Shown here piece by piece: positions 8,577 through 19,384 of a stretch of DNA of 64,000 bases. The notes under the pieces are model-generated. The model ran no database searches and had not been told where the DNA came from. It saw nothing but the letters and a program-made list of their open reading frames with translations. Position 1 is the stretch's first letter. Each line of letters opens with the position of its first letter. The translations under genes and the position numbers were made by a program. Location of the stretch: IMG/VR virus record IMGVR_UViG_3300036982_000217, positions 6,205 to 70,204 of that record, one strand, 5' to 3'. Source of the DNA: a virus (taxonomy: Duplodnaviria; Caudoviricetes).

Positions 8577-10777
8577 TGGAGATATTTGAAAACATACCAA
8601 CTTATGATAATGGCAACTGGACTATTACAGACTTTTCCTCAAGAGAAGAGTTTGCTACATTTTTAAGAGATATTTTTAAAGAACCTGGTAAATATAACTT
8701 TGATGAAACTAGCTTATTATTTAATTCTGAATCAAGAAAGTTCAGAGCAGATGGATATTACTGCGACTCTCCATTTAAATCCAAAGATTTTATCAATTAC
8801 TGGGATGACCAAAAGCTCAGATGCAGAAGAGGAGTTATCTACAAATCAGGAAAAAATACCTGGTATGTTACAAGAGATTATTACATGTGGCTCAACTTCT
8901 TACCAATATTTGATAAAGAACAACAAATTTTTGACTTTGCAAAAATACGTGATGCCCAGTATCACATGGCACTCTATGAACTTTTGGCAGAGCTCAATTA
9001 CAAGCATGTAGCTATTCTTAAAAAACGTCAGATAGCTTCTTCTTATTTTCACATGGCTAAGCTGTTAAACCAGATTTGGTTTGAAGCTGGGGTCACTTTG
9101 AAAATAGGAGCAAGTCTAAAAGACTATATAAATGAGAAAGGTTCATGGAAGTTCTTAGATGAGTATGCAGCTTTCTTAAATGAACATACTGCTTGGTATA
9201 GACCAATGACGCCACATAAAGTAATGATGTGGCAACAGAAGATTGAAGTTAGAAAAGGAGATAGAAAGAATGAAGTTGGTCTTAAAGGTACAATGCAAGG
9301 CATGTCATTTGAGAAAGATCCTACAAATGGTGTAGGTGGTCCAGTAAAATTCTTCTTCCATGAGGAAGCAGGTATTGCACCAAAGATGGATCAAACATAT
9401 GAGTATATGAGACCAGCAATGAGATCTGGTTTAATTACTACAGGTATGTTTATAGCAGCAGGATCAGTGGGAGATTTATCTCAGTGTAATCCACTTAAAG
9501 ATATGATACTTAATCCTACATCTAAAGATATATATGCAATAGAAAGTAATCTTATAGATAGTAAAGGAACAGAAGGTCTCTCAGGTTTGTTTATTCCTGA
9601 GCAGTGGTCTATGCCACCACATATAGATCAATATGGTAATTCACTTGTAGAAGATGCATTAGCAGCTTTAGAAGATCAATTTGAACAGTGGAAAAAAGAC
9701 TTATCTCCTGAAGATTATCAGTTAAGAATATCTCAGCACCCAAGAAATATTGAAGAAGCATTTGCACATAGATCAGTCTCAGTATTTCCTACACATCTTG
9801 TTGCTGCACAACAGAGAAGAATAGATGAGAAAGAATATGCATATGAATTCTTAGATATATTCTATGATGAGAATGGTAAACCCAAAGTAAAGGAAACTAG
9901 TAAGTTACCTATCATGCAATTTCCTGTACCTAAAAAATTAGAAGATAAAACAGGAACTCTTGTTGTATGGGAAAGACCAATTAAAGATCCAGATTTTGGT
10001 CAGTACTATGCATCTATTGACCCAGTGTCTGAGGGCAAAACAACAACATCAGACTCCTTATGTTCTATATATGTAATGAAAGCACCAATACAGGTGACTA
10101 AACACACTGGTATAGAAACAGAAACATATATAGAACAAGATAAAATAGTAGCTGCATGGTGTGGTAGATTTGATGATATTAATAAAACTCACCAAAAACT
10201 AGAGCTCATAATAGAGTGGTATAATGCATGGGCACTTATAGAAAGTAACGTGTCTTTGTTTATACAATATATGATATCTAAAAAGAAACAAAGATATCTA
10301 GTTCCAAAAAGCCAGATTATGTTTTTAAAAGATCTTGGTGCAAATACTAACGTATACCAGGAGTATGGCTGGAGAAATACCGGTAATTTATTTAAGGGTC
10401 ACTTATTAAGTTATGCTATTGAATACTGTAAAGAAGAACTAGATGTACAAACAAAACCAGATGGTACAATTGTAAAAACTAAATATGGTATAGAAAGAAT
10501 ACCAGATCCAATGTTATTAAAAGAGATGCAAGAATATGCAGATGGTGTTAACGTGGATAGATTGGTTTCATTTACAGCATTAGTTGCTTTCATGAGAATT
10601 CAATATTCTAATAGAGGATATACAAAAAGAACTATAACAGATGATGCTGCTAAAAACTTGCAAAAGTCCAAAAATTTGTTTAAATTAAATAGTAGTCCAT
10701 TTAGGCATATGGGTAATAACGGTAGATTAACAAATGGTTCAGTATTTAAAAAATCACCATTTAAAAATATAAAATAA
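8576..10777 (+). CDS. terL: terminase large subunit
   Basis: ILKKRQIASSY (Walker A variant), FFHEEAG (Walker B), and RNase H-fold acidic motifs YASIDP, LIESN, NVDRLVS. Confidence 0.92.
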   Translation: MEIFENIPTYDNGNWTITDFSSREEFATFLRDIFKEPGKYNFDETSLLFNSESRKFRADGYYCDSPFKSKDFINYWDDQKLRCRRGVIYKSGKNTWYVTRDYYMWLNFLPIFDKEQQIFDFAKIRDAQYHMALYELLAELNYKHVAILKKRQIASSYFHMAKLLNQIWFEAGVTLKIGASLKDYINEKGSWKFLDEYAAFLNEHTAWYRPMTPHKVMMWQQKIEVRKGDRKNEVGLKGTMQGMSFEKDPTNGVGGPVKFFFHEEAGIAPKMDQTYEYMRPAMRSGLITTGMFIAAGSVGDLSQCNPLKDMILNPTSKDIYAIESNLIDSKGTEGLSGLFIPEQWSMPPHIDQYGNSLVEDALAALEDQFEQWKKDLSPEDYQLRISQHPRNIEEAFAHRSVSVFPTHLVAAQQRRIDEKEYAYEFLDIFYDENGKPKVKETSKLPIMQFPVPKKLEDKTGTLVVWERPIKDPDFGQYYASIDPVSEGKTTTSDSLCSIYVMKAPIQVTKHTGIETETYIEQDKIVAAWCGRFDDINKTHQKLELIIEWYNAWALIESNVSLFIQYMISKKKQRYLVPKSQIMFLKDLGANTNVYQEYGWRNTGNLFKGHLLSYAIEYCKEELDVQTKPDGTIVKTKYGIERIPDPMLLKEMQEYADGVNVDRLVSFTALVAFMRIQYSNRGYTKRTITDDAAKNLQKSKNLFKLNSSPFRHMGNNGRLTNGSVFKKSPFKNIK

Positions 10778-10779
10778 CT

Positions 10780-13530
10780 ATGCAGGTATATAACGCATTA
10801 CAGTTAAAAAAGGGAGCTAAAACAGAACAGAACAGGATGGGTAGTATTACCCAGCCTCTACAGTTTTTATCTAAGAAAGATAAAGATGAAGAATGGGCAG
10901 CTTGGAACTTAGACTGGTTAGAATGGAATGGTCTTAAGCAAATCAGAAGAAATGCAAGAAGACTAATGAAAAACTATAAACTTGCAAAAGGGATTATTGA
11001 TAGAACAGATTATATAATTGAAGAGAATAATGAGTATAGAGATATAGTAGAAGTATTAACTAGAGAAGAAGCAACAGCTCTAGAATTAAAGTTCTACCCT
11101 ATTATTCCAAATGTAATTAATGTATTAGTTGCAGAGTTTGCAAAAAGATCAACCAAACTAACATACCGGGCAATAGATGAGTTCTCATATAATGAGATGC
11201 TAGAAGAAAAGAGACAGATGGTAGAAGAAACTCTTTTAGCAGATGCACAGTTAAAAATTGTTACTGCATTAATAGAGCAAGGGATAGATCCTCAAGCACC
11301 TGAAGTACAAGAACAAGTATCACCAGAAAATCTTAAGACATTACCAGAGATAGAATCTTTCTTTAAGAAAGACTATAGATCTATGATAGAGCAGTGGGCA
11401 TATCATCAGCATAAAGTAGATGTTGAAAGATTTAGAATGGATGAGCTAGAGGAAAGAGCCTTTAGAGACATGCTTATTACAGATAGAGAGTTCTGGCATT
11501 TTCACATGATGGAAGATGACTATGAGGTAGAACTCTGGAATCCAGTAGTTACATTCTATCACAAATCTCCAGATGCAAGATATATATCTCAAGGTAACTG
11601 GGTAGGTAAGATAGATATGTTCACTGTATCAGATGTAATAGACAAGTTTGGATACATTATGTCTGAAGAACAATTAAAGGCACTAGAAGCAATCTATCCT
11701 ATTAGATCTGGTGGTTATATAGTTGGTGGATATCAAAATGATGGTACATATTATGACGGTACAAAATCTCATGAATGGAATGTTAATATGCCTTCTCTTG
11801 CATATAGACAGTATACAACTGCAGTTGCAAACTCAATTACAGATGGTGGTGATATTATAAATCAAATACTTTCACAAGGTGAAGATTACTTTGATCAAGG
11901 TACTGCATATCTATTAAGAGTAACTACAGCATATTGGAAGTCACAAAGAAAAGTTGGTCACCTTACAAAGATTTCAGAAACTGGAGAAGTTACAAATGAA
12001 ATCATTACAGAAGACTATGAAGTAACAGATAAACCAATATATGATAATAGATTATTCAAAAACAAAACTAAAGATACTCTTGTACAAGGTGAGCATATAG
12101 ATTGGATTTGGATTAATGAAGTTTGGGGTGGTATTAAAATTGGTCCAAATATTCCTTCTTTCTGGGGTATGAATAATCCAGGAGGATTTTCTCCAATATA
12201 TATTGGTGTACAAAAAAATAAAATTGGAGCATTAAAGTTCCAATTTAAAGGAGATCAAAGTTTATATGGTTGTAAGTTACCTGTAGAAGGATCAGTATTC
12301 TCAGATAGAAATACTAAGTCTACTGCACTTATAGATCTAATGAAGCCATATCAGATTGGATATAATATTGTAAACAATCAGATTGCAGATATCTTAGTAG
12401 ATGAACTAGGTACTATTATTATGCTTGATCAGAATACTCTACCTAAACATTCTCTTGGAGAAGACTGGGGTAAAGGAAACTATGCTAAAGCATATGTTGC
12501 AATGAAGAACTTCCAGATGTTACCTTTGGATACATCTATTACAAATACAGAGAATGCATTAAACTTCCAGCATTTTCAAAAACTAGATCTTTCTCAGACA
12601 GAAAGATTAATGTCAAGAATTAGTTTAGCTAATCACTTTAAGCAACAAGCATATGAAGTAATAGGTGTTAACCCACAAAGAATGGGTCAACAATTATCTC
12701 AAACTACAGCTACAGGAGTAGAACAAGCTCTACAAGCATCATATGCACAAACAGAAGTATTCTTTATACAACACTGTGATTATCTAATGCCAAGAGTTCA
12801 TCAAATGAGAACTGACTTAGCACAATACTATAATTCTACAAAACCATCTGCAAGACTTACATATACAACTTCTGCAGATGAGAAAGTAAACTTTGAGGTA
12901 AATGGCACAGATCTCTTAATGAGAGATTTAAATATATATTGCTCCACAACTGCTAACCATAGATCTGTATTAGAGCAGTTAAAACAAATGGCTATTCAAA
13001 ATAATACTACTGGAGCAAGTATCTATGATCTTGGAAGAATAGTACAATCTGATTCTATTGCAGAACTTAATCATGTTCTTAAAGCTTCTGAAGATAAAAT
13101 ATCATCTCAGAAACAACAAGAACTACAGCAACAACAGCAAATGCAACAACAACAATTGGAGTCTATGCAACAGACTGAGAAGATGAAACTTGATGCACAA
13201 GCAGCTGAAAAAGAAAAAGATAGACAAAGAGATATCTTGGTTGCAGAAATTAAATCAGCAGGTTATGGATCTATGGCGGATGTTAATAAAAATCAATTAT
13301 CTGATTATACAGATGCCATGAAAGAGATAAGACAGTCAGAAGCTTATGAGCAACAGACTAATCTACAGATTGAAAAACAATCTAATGAAAACTTAAGACA
13401 GTCTCAGAAGATGGATATAGAGAGAGAAAAGATCATGGCACAGAAAGAAATAGCAGATAAACAGCTGCAAATAGCCAGAGAAAACAAAAATAAATACGAT
13501 AATAAAAACAAAAACAAAGAAAAAGAATAG
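10780..13530 (+). CDS. portal protein
   Basis: Follows terL. The LKFYPIIPNVINVLVAEF motif is of the crAss-like portal type. Q/E/K-rich coiled-coil C-terminal barrel. Confidence 0.85.
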   Translation: MQVYNALQLKKGAKTEQNRMGSITQPLQFLSKKDKDEEWAAWNLDWLEWNGLKQIRRNARRLMKNYKLAKGIIDRTDYIIEENNEYRDIVEVLTREEATALELKFYPIIPNVINVLVAEFAKRSTKLTYRAIDEFSYNEMLEEKRQMVEETLLADAQLKIVTALIEQGIDPQAPEVQEQVSPENLKTLPEIESFFKKDYRSMIEQWAYHQHKVDVERFRMDELEERAFRDMLITDREFWHFHMMEDDYEVELWNPVVTFYHKSPDARYISQGNWVGKIDMFTVSDVIDKFGYIMSEEQLKALEAIYPIRSGGYIVGGYQNDGTYYDGTKSHEWNVNMPSLAYRQYTTAVANSITDGGDIINQILSQGEDYFDQGTAYLLRVTTAYWKSQRKVGHLTKISETGEVTNEIITEDYEVTDKPIYDNRLFKNKTKDTLVQGEHIDWIWINEVWGGIKIGPNIPSFWGMNNPGGFSPIYIGVQKNKIGALKFQFKGDQSLYGCKLPVEGSVFSDRNTKSTALIDLMKPYQIGYNIVNNQIADILVDELGTIIMLDQNTLPKHSLGEDWGKGNYAKAYVAMKNFQMLPLDTSITNTENALNFQHFQKLDLSQTERLMSRISLANHFKQQAYEVIGVNPQRMGQQLSQTTATGVEQALQASYAQTEVFFIQHCDYLMPRVHQMRTDLAQYYNSTKPSARLTYTTSADEKVNFEVNGTDLLMRDLNIYCSTTANHRSVLEQLKQMAIQNNTTGASIYDLGRIVQSDSIAELNHVLKASEDKISSQKQQELQQQQQMQQQQLESMQQTEKMKLDAQAAEKEKDRQRDILVAEIKSAGYGSMADVNKNQLSDYTDAMKEIRQSEAYEQQTNLQIEKQSNENLRQSQKMDIEREKIMAQKEIADKQLQIARENKNKYDNKNKNKEKE

Positions 13531-13569
13531 CACTTAGCTATATAGTGCGAAAAATAAATTTTATTATCA

Positions 13570-13601
13570 TAAATTTTTGAAGTTTATTTCTTATATTAAA
13601 T
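13570..13601 (+). promoter_or_regulatory. palindrome TAAATTTTTGAAGTTTA plus TATATTAAAT box
   Basis: Intergenic, upstream of the scaffold/MCP operon. Same palindrome family as 5854, 42208 and 49336. Confidence 0.6.
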
Positions 13602-13621
13602 TATAAACAAAACCAACAAAT

Positions 13622-14869
13622 ATGGAAGAATTAGAAAACAAATCTGACAAAGGTCAGGTACAAGACTCTACAACAGTAGGCAGTGTAGATGTTAATATTG
13701 ATGAGATGTTTGGAATGCCGGGGGCAGAAAATGTAATGCTACCAGCAGAAGAAGAAGAAAAACCAAAGTCTGTATTTTCTAAAGAGACTACAGACACCTC
13801 GTTCCTTGACAAGCCTGTTTCTAAAGAAGAAGCAGCAAAGAAAGAAGAAGTTGAAGAAACTATTGCTGAGTTAGATAATCTAATTACTCAGGAAGAAGAT
13901 GCCGGCAATAAAGGAAGACCAAAGATTGACAAATCAGGTCTTGCAGATCTTGCAGTTAAAATGATTGAGGAAGGAACTCTAATTCCATTTGATGATGATA
14001 AACCACTAGAGGAATATACAACAAAGGATTTTAGAGAGTTATTTGAAGCAAATTTTCAAGAAAGAGAAAATGCAATCAGAGAAAATACTCCAAAAGAATT
14101 TTTTAATGCACTTCCTGAAGAGCTTCAAGTTGCAGCAAAGTATGTAGCAGATGGTGGACAAGATCTTAAAGGTCTCTTTAGAACTCTAGCTCAAGTAGAG
14201 GAGATGAGACAACTAGATCCAGATAATGAGTATGATCAAGAAGAAATTGCTAGACAATACTTATATGCTACCAATTTTGGATCTCCAGAAGAAATTGAAG
14301 AAGAAATCAATGACTGGAAAGACATGGATAGACTTAAACAAAAGGCTAACCAGTTTAAACCAAAGTTAGATAGAATGCAAGAAGAAATTGTTGCTAGACA
14401 ACTTGCAGAACAAGAATTAAAAAGGCAACAACAAGAAGAAGCGGCAAGAGTTTATACGGATAATGTATACAGCACTCTTGTTAATGGTGAGATAGGTGGA
14501 ATAAGATTAGATAAGAAAGTACAAAGTATGTTATACTCCGGATTAGTACAACCTAATTATCCATCTATATCTGGTAAACCTACAAACTTGTTGGGCCACT
14601 TATTAGAAAAATATCAGTTTGTAGAACCAAGACATGATTTAATTGCAGAAGCACTTTGGTTACTTGCAGATCCAAATGGATACAAGTCAAAGATAAAAGA
14701 ACAGGGTGGTAAGCAAGCTACAGAAAAAGTAGTAAGACAATTAAAAACTGAGCAATCAAGAAAAATTACTTCTTCTGTAAATGATGATAGAGAATATGAT
14801 ACAAAAACAAGAACAAGCAAACCAGCACAAAAAACACTCTCAAGAGGAGGATTCTTCAAGAGATTTTAA
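13622..14869 (+). CDS. acidic scaffold-like capsid assembly protein
   Basis: Between portal and MCP. Very acidic N-terminal half and a coiled-coil C-terminal half. Confidence 0.6.
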   Translation: MEELENKSDKGQVQDSTTVGSVDVNIDEMFGMPGAENVMLPAEEEEKPKSVFSKETTDTSFLDKPVSKEEAAKKEEVEETIAELDNLITQEEDAGNKGRPKIDKSGLADLAVKMIEEGTLIPFDDDKPLEEYTTKDFRELFEANFQERENAIRENTPKEFFNALPEELQVAAKYVADGGQDLKGLFRTLAQVEEMRQLDPDNEYDQEEIARQYLYATNFGSPEEIEEEINDWKDMDRLKQKANQFKPKLDRMQEEIVARQLAEQELKRQQQEEAARVYTDNVYSTLVNGEIGGIRLDKKVQSMLYSGLVQPNYPSISGKPTNLLGHLLEKYQFVEPRHDLIAEALWLLADPNGYKSKIKEQGGKQATEKVVRQLKTEQSRKITSSVNDDREYDTKTRTSKPAQKTLSRGGFFKRF

Positions 14870-14897
14870 TTAAGTAACAAATAAAACAAATATAAAA

Positions 14898-16517
14898 ATG
14901 GCAACTCCAATTTTAAACAATGGGATATTCCTGAGAGATACAGCCTACCAAGCTTCATCGCATGTAGACTCATATCACTTAGTGAATATGTTAAAAGATG
15001 CTGAACCTATGGATTTAGGTCCAGTAGACCTTTGGGCTATGGCTCAAAAAGTAGAAATGCCCCTTTACCAGCTTTCTAGCTTTGGTGGCAAAAATGTAAT
15101 TATGGTTGATAATGCTCGCGGAGAGTATAAGTGGCAGACTCCTGTCTCTACAGATCTTCCATATGTTATTGAAGATATTGAACCAACTAATACTTTCAAA
15201 GGTATTGATGGTACAACCTTCAAAATTAAATTAAGCCGTAGAGAGTTTGGTCACGGTGACATTGTTACTTATGACAAGTATAATGGTGTGGAATTGTACA
15301 TTACAGATGAAGATATTCTTCCTGTTGGTGATGCATTTATCTACACAGTTCAACTTGTAAACAATGACAACACTAGATTCTTAGATAATGCTTATTTAGC
15401 TAATGGAACAAGATTCTTTAGAAAAGGATCTGCAAGAGGTGAGTATGGTGAAAGATTCTCTGACATCATCACACAAGCTGGTTTCCGTGAATACTATAAC
15501 TTTGTTGGTGGTGCAGAAGCTCACGTACATTATTCTATCTCTTCTAGAGCAGACTTAATGATCAAAGGTGGTATGAATGCAGATGGTACAGTTCCTGTAA
15601 CTGAGATCTGGAGAACATTTGACAAAAATGTTACTGATCCTTCAATCACATCTTTAGAAGATATGGTTAAAGTTATGGGTAAAGATGCTGTTAAAAAAGC
15701 ATTTGATAATGGAGATTTGTCTAGAACTTTCTTGACAAACATGGAAGCAGCTCACCTTTCTAAAATTGCAACTGACATTGAGACTTACTTAATGTGGGGA
15801 CAAGGAGGTAAAGTTAAGCAAGATGGTCCAGATGATATCAGATTATCTGTTGGACTTTGGCAACAATTGAACAATGCGTTCAAAAGAGTATACAACAAAA
15901 ATAACTTTACTCTTGACTTATTCCGTGGAGAAATCTATAACTTCTTCAATGGTAAGGTTGAGTTCCAAGGACCAGATCCAAAAAGATCTCTTATTGTACA
16001 AACTGGTATGGGTGGTATGCGTATGGTTAATGAGGCCATTAAGCAAGAAGCTATCTCTTCAGGTTTGTTAATTCAGGCTGCTGATATTGGTGCTATCACT
16101 GGTAAAGGTATGGACTTGAACTTTGGATTTGCTTATACTTCATATGTAATTCCATTCTTGGCAAATGTTAAGTTTGTTCTTAACCCAGCATTTGACAATG
16201 TTCATACAAATGATATTGAAAACCCAATCATAGATGGTTTCCCATTATCTTCTTACAGCTTTATCATCTTTGATATCACTGATAACACTAATGATAACAT
16301 CTTTATGTTGAAACTTTCTTGGGATAACCAATTGAAGTGGTGGTACCAAAATGGTACTATGGACTACATGGGAAGAACTCAAGGATTCCAGTCTTCTGGA
16401 CAATTCAACGGGTACCGTGTGATGATGTCTCAAACAATGCCAGCTATCTGGGTAAAAGACCCTACAAAAGTCTTGAAAATTGTTATGAGAAACCCAATCA
16501 CTGGTGGCTCTCTATAA
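14898..16517 (+). CDS. major capsid protein
   Basis: 539 aa, after portal and scaffold, followed by a strong terminator. Sequence style matches crAss-like HK97-fold MCPs. Confidence 0.85.
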   Translation: MATPILNNGIFLRDTAYQASSHVDSYHLVNMLKDAEPMDLGPVDLWAMAQKVEMPLYQLSSFGGKNVIMVDNARGEYKWQTPVSTDLPYVIEDIEPTNTFKGIDGTTFKIKLSRREFGHGDIVTYDKYNGVELYITDEDILPVGDAFIYTVQLVNNDNTRFLDNAYLANGTRFFRKGSARGEYGERFSDIITQAGFREYYNFVGGAEAHVHYSISSRADLMIKGGMNADGTVPVTEIWRTFDKNVTDPSITSLEDMVKVMGKDAVKKAFDNGDLSRTFLTNMEAAHLSKIATDIETYLMWGQGGKVKQDGPDDIRLSVGLWQQLNNAFKRVYNKNNFTLDLFRGEIYNFFNGKVEFQGPDPKRSLIVQTGMGGMRMVNEAIKQEAISSGLLIQAADIGAITGKGMDLNFGFAYTSYVIPFLANVKFVLNPAFDNVHTNDIENPIIDGFPLSSYSFIIFDITDNTNDNIFMLKLSWDNQLKWWYQNGTMDYMGRTQGFQSSGQFNGYRVMMSQTMPAIWVKDPTKVLKIVMRNPITGGSL

Positions 16518-16531
16518 TAGATCAAAGTATG

Positions 16532-16560
16532 AGAGGGAGAGTAAAATCTCCCTCTTTTTA
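16532..16560 (+). terminator. Rho-independent terminator after MCP
   Basis: AGAGGGAGA-GTAAAA-TCTCCCTCT stem followed by a T tract. Confidence 0.85.
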
Positions 16561-16594
16561 CTTATTTTTAACTAACATTTAAAACCAACAAAAA

Positions 16595-17620
16595 ATGGAA
16601 AATTCAGAATTTACAATGGTGGAAATTAACAAAGCTGCCACCGCAAGAAAAACAGCTATTGCTATTAGACCATACTTTGACAGCAGAATGTCAAACATGG
16701 GATTAGAAACATATGGACAAGTATTGTTTGATGGTGTAAAACACCAAGAACAGTTAGCTTGTCTTGAAGTTAATGGTGTAACAAGATATATTACTGGACT
16801 AAATGAATTTGCTCCAGAAATTAAAGTTCTACCAAATGATGATAGAGCAGCAAAAATTAGAGAAATAAGAACAGCAGTTGCAGAACTAGAAAAAGATTTA
16901 GCAGCTAATGTTTTAGATATTGAGGATAAAGATTTTTGGAATAAAGTAAAACTACTTAAACCGGATAACAAAGACTTCTGGAATAAGATAGATATTAAAT
17001 GTGGTAATGAGCCAGTATTTTTAGATCCAAAAGATCCTTTTGATAGAATTAAAATTTATGCTATTGAAGCTGGTGCATTTTCAATTATTGCAAAGAGCTA
17101 TGAAGATGCAAGATCAAAAGCAAAACCACCAAAGTTTTATCTAGATAAAGAAGAAGAAACTGTAATGGTAAGAACTGAATACAAGAAAATGCGTAACAAA
17201 GCACTTTCTGAACTTCAGAAATTATTTGATAAAAATAGTACTAAACTGTTCTACATTGCAAAAGTTGTTGATATTAACAGTACACAGTACAGAAAATCAA
17301 CACCAAATGATATTATCTATGAGAACATGGATATGTATATTAATGGAGAGGGTGGTGAGACTAATAAAGAAAGAGCAGCTAAATCTTTCATTGATGCAGT
17401 AAATATGGATATGGAAACACTAAAAATTAAATCAATTGTTAGAGATTCCGTATTTTTTAAGTATATTATAAGTAAGGCAGATGGTCATATTTATCATGCT
17501 AAGTCTAATAGCTTACTTGGTAGAAATGTATCAGATGTTGTAGAGTACTTTAAGAACCCTTTAAATGAAGATATTCTTAAAGATGTTACAGCTTCTGTTG
17601 AAAAATTATGGAACTCTTAA
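16595..17620 (+). CDS. capsid-module protein of unknown role
   Basis: 341-aa ORF immediately after the MCP, a position usually occupied by a conserved head gene in crAss-like phages. Confidence 0.55.
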   Translation: MENSEFTMVEINKAATARKTAIAIRPYFDSRMSNMGLETYGQVLFDGVKHQEQLACLEVNGVTRYITGLNEFAPEIKVLPNDDRAAKIREIRTAVAELEKDLAANVLDIEDKDFWNKVKLLKPDNKDFWNKIDIKCGNEPVFLDPKDPFDRIKIYAIEAGAFSIIAKSYEDARSKAKPPKFYLDKEEETVMVRTEYKKMRNKALSELQKLFDKNSTKLFYIAKVVDINSTQYRKSTPNDIIYENMDMYINGEGGETNKERAAKSFIDAVNMDMETLKIKSIVRDSVFFKYIISKADGHIYHAKSNSLLGRNVSDVVEYFKNPLNEDILKDVTASVEKLWNS

Positions 17621-17632
17621 AAATTATATAAA

Positions 17633-17968
17633 ATGAATACTCCAAAGAAAAAATCTAAAAAAGGAACAGCAGCTATTAACTATGGTTATGAAGCTGGTAA
17701 ACTTGCTGGAGGTGCGGCAGGTACTACAGCTGGTAAAAAAATGAAAACTGGTGGAATGACTAATGCTAATAAAAGTGTATCTGCATTAAAAGTAGCTGGC
17801 TCTAAAGGTGTAATCTCTGGAGAGAATGCTAAAGTTTCTGCATCTAAAGTAGCTAAAGGACGTTCAGGTGGAACTTCTAAAGCTCCTAAAACTGCAGTTC
17901 CTAAAGCTATGTATGGTACTTCTATGAGACCAGGCATGATGAAAAAAGGTGGTGCTAAAAAGAAATAA
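17633..17968 (+). CDS. small basic Lys/Ala/Gly-rich protein
   Basis: Low complexity, with MKTGG and MMKKGG motifs. Confidence 0.65.
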   Translation: MNTPKKKSKKGTAAINYGYEAGKLAGGAAGTTAGKKMKTGGMTNANKSVSALKVAGSKGVISGENAKVSASKVAKGRSGGTSKAPKTAVPKAMYGTSMRPGMMKKGGAKKK

Positions 17969-17970
17969 TA

Positions 17971-18171
17971 ATGGCACTAAAGAAATCTACTACTAAAAGT
18001 CGCGTTAACCAGGCTGGTGTTTACACTAAGCCTGGCATGCGCAAATCTTTATTTGAAAGAATTAAAGCTGGTACTAAAGGTGGAGATCCAGGAGAATGGT
18101 CTGCAAGAAAAGCACAACTTTTAGCTAAAGAATATAAAGCAAAAGGTGGTGGCTATAAAACTAAAAAGTAA
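17971..18171 (+). CDS. small basic protein (DUF5872-like)
   Basis: YTKPGMRK...KGGDPGEWSARKAQLLAKEYKAKGGGY motif, recognised from memory. Confidence 0.65.
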   Translation: MALKKSTTKSRVNQAGVYTKPGMRKSLFERIKAGTKGGDPGEWSARKAQLLAKEYKAKGGGYKTKK

Positions 18172-18437
18172 TGGCTAAAGATCCTCAGCAAAGTTTAAGA
18201 GATTGGTCAGCACAAAAGTGGATGACTTCTGGAACTTATGCTAATAAGAAAAAAGGATCAGCTAAAGAGGTAAAGTCAAAAGGTAAGAAAAGATATTTAC
18301 CTGAAGCAGCATGGGGTTCTTTATCTGCAGGAGAAAAAGCTGCAACAAATAAAGCTAAAGCTAAAGGTAATAGTAAAGGAAAACAATTTGTTAAACAGCC
18401 CAAGGGTATAGCCCAAAAGGCATCAAGATTTAGATAG
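18171..18437 (+). CDS. small basic protein
   Basis: QQSLRDWSAQKW...RYLPEAAW...KQFVKQPK. Translationally coupled to the previous gene. Confidence 0.65.
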   Translation: MAKDPQQSLRDWSAQKWMTSGTYANKKKGSAKEVKSKGKKRYLPEAAWGSLSAGEKAATNKAKAKGNSKGKQFVKQPKGIAQKASRFR

Positions 18438-18439
18438 TT

Positions 18440-18685
18440 ATGGCAATTAAAAGAACAACAACTAAAAAATCCACACCAGCTAAGAAAGCAAATTCTTCAG
18501 TTGGTATTTCCATTTTTGGTGGTAACAAAGCAGAAATGAGAAAATGGGAAGTTGAATCTGCTATGTCTACATTACAAAGAGCGTCTGAGATTCAGAAGAA
18601 TGCTAAGTTAATGGCAGATGTAAAGAAGATGGCTGCTGAAAAAGCTAAAGAATTTAACAGCATAGCAGCTGGTAAAAAAATATAA
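18440..18685 (+). CDS. small basic protein
   Basis: 81 aa, with a KWEVESAMSTLQRASEI helix. Confidence 0.6.
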   Translation: MAIKRTTTKKSTPAKKANSSVGISIFGGNKAEMRKWEVESAMSTLQRASEIQKNAKLMADVKKMAAEKAKEFNSIAAGKKI

Positions 18686-18686
18686 A

Positions 18687-19115
18687 ATGGAAAAATTAAA
18701 CTTTGATCAGATGTTGCAAGCAGCATGTGATGCAATGAAAAAAGAATCTTTAATGGCGCAACTTTACCAAGCAATTACTGGTAAAGAAATGCTTGTTATG
18801 CAGGTTATCTTTAAGGGTGACATGAAGTATCCATCTTATATTGTTATGGTAGATGACAGAGGTAATACAATGGTTACTGGAATGCCTTCTCCATATCTTG
18901 ATGACTTAGTAATTGACATGCCACTAGAGATGACAGAAGCAGAAGCTGAGGCAGCTTTAGTTGCAGCAGGTTATGAAGATAACTGGAGTACTCTTACTTT
19001 AAGAGCTCCATTGTATTCAGTAGTATACCCACCACTATACATCTTTGCTGTAAAGCATAAAGGATTTATTGCTGTGGATTCTACTGATAGCACAAATGTA
19101 TTTCCAATTTCATAA
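18687..19115 (+). CDS. acidic Met-rich hypothetical protein
   Basis: 142 aa with net negative charge, unlike its neighbours. Confidence 0.6.
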   Translation: MEKLNFDQMLQAACDAMKKESLMAQLYQAITGKEMLVMQVIFKGDMKYPSYIVMVDDRGNTMVTGMPSPYLDDLVIDMPLEMTEAEAEAALVAAGYEDNWSTLTLRAPLYSVVYPPLYIFAVKHKGFIAVDSTDSTNVFPIS

Positions 19116-19117
19116 AA

Positions 19118-19384
19118 ATGAAAAAGACAGCTAAAGTAAAGGTTACAGCTGGTGGAGAAAAACATGTGGTCTATAAAAAGACTACAAAAAAAGGTGAAGG
19201 TAAGATTGGAAACATAATGGTTAATCATCCTACCAAAGATAAAGGGCAGTGGGATACTATTGATCTTACTAAAATAGGTAGAGCCAAAACAGTTGCGCAG
19301 GGTGTAGCTGCTACAAAGAAATGGCATAAAGATAACCCTGATTATAAGTATAAAGGCAAGAAAAAGAGTAATGGCAAAAAGTAG
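19118..19384 (+). CDS. small basic protein
   Basis: 88 aa, Lys-rich. Confidence 0.6.
   Translation: MKKTAKVKVTAGGEKHVVYKKTTKKGEGKIGNIMVNHPTKDKGQWDTIDLTKIGRAKTVAQGVAATKKWHKDNPDYKYKGKKKSNGKK

Noticed and set aside
13529-13547. Hairpin GCACT-TAGCTATAT-AGTGC after the portal gene
   Set aside because: The stem is short and there is no downstream T tract on the + strand, so it cannot be called a terminator. It may be an RNA-stability element.
8576-16517. Introns or inteins in terL, portal or MCP
   Set aside because: The ORFs are continuous, and I saw no intein splice motifs or homing-endonuclease motifs.
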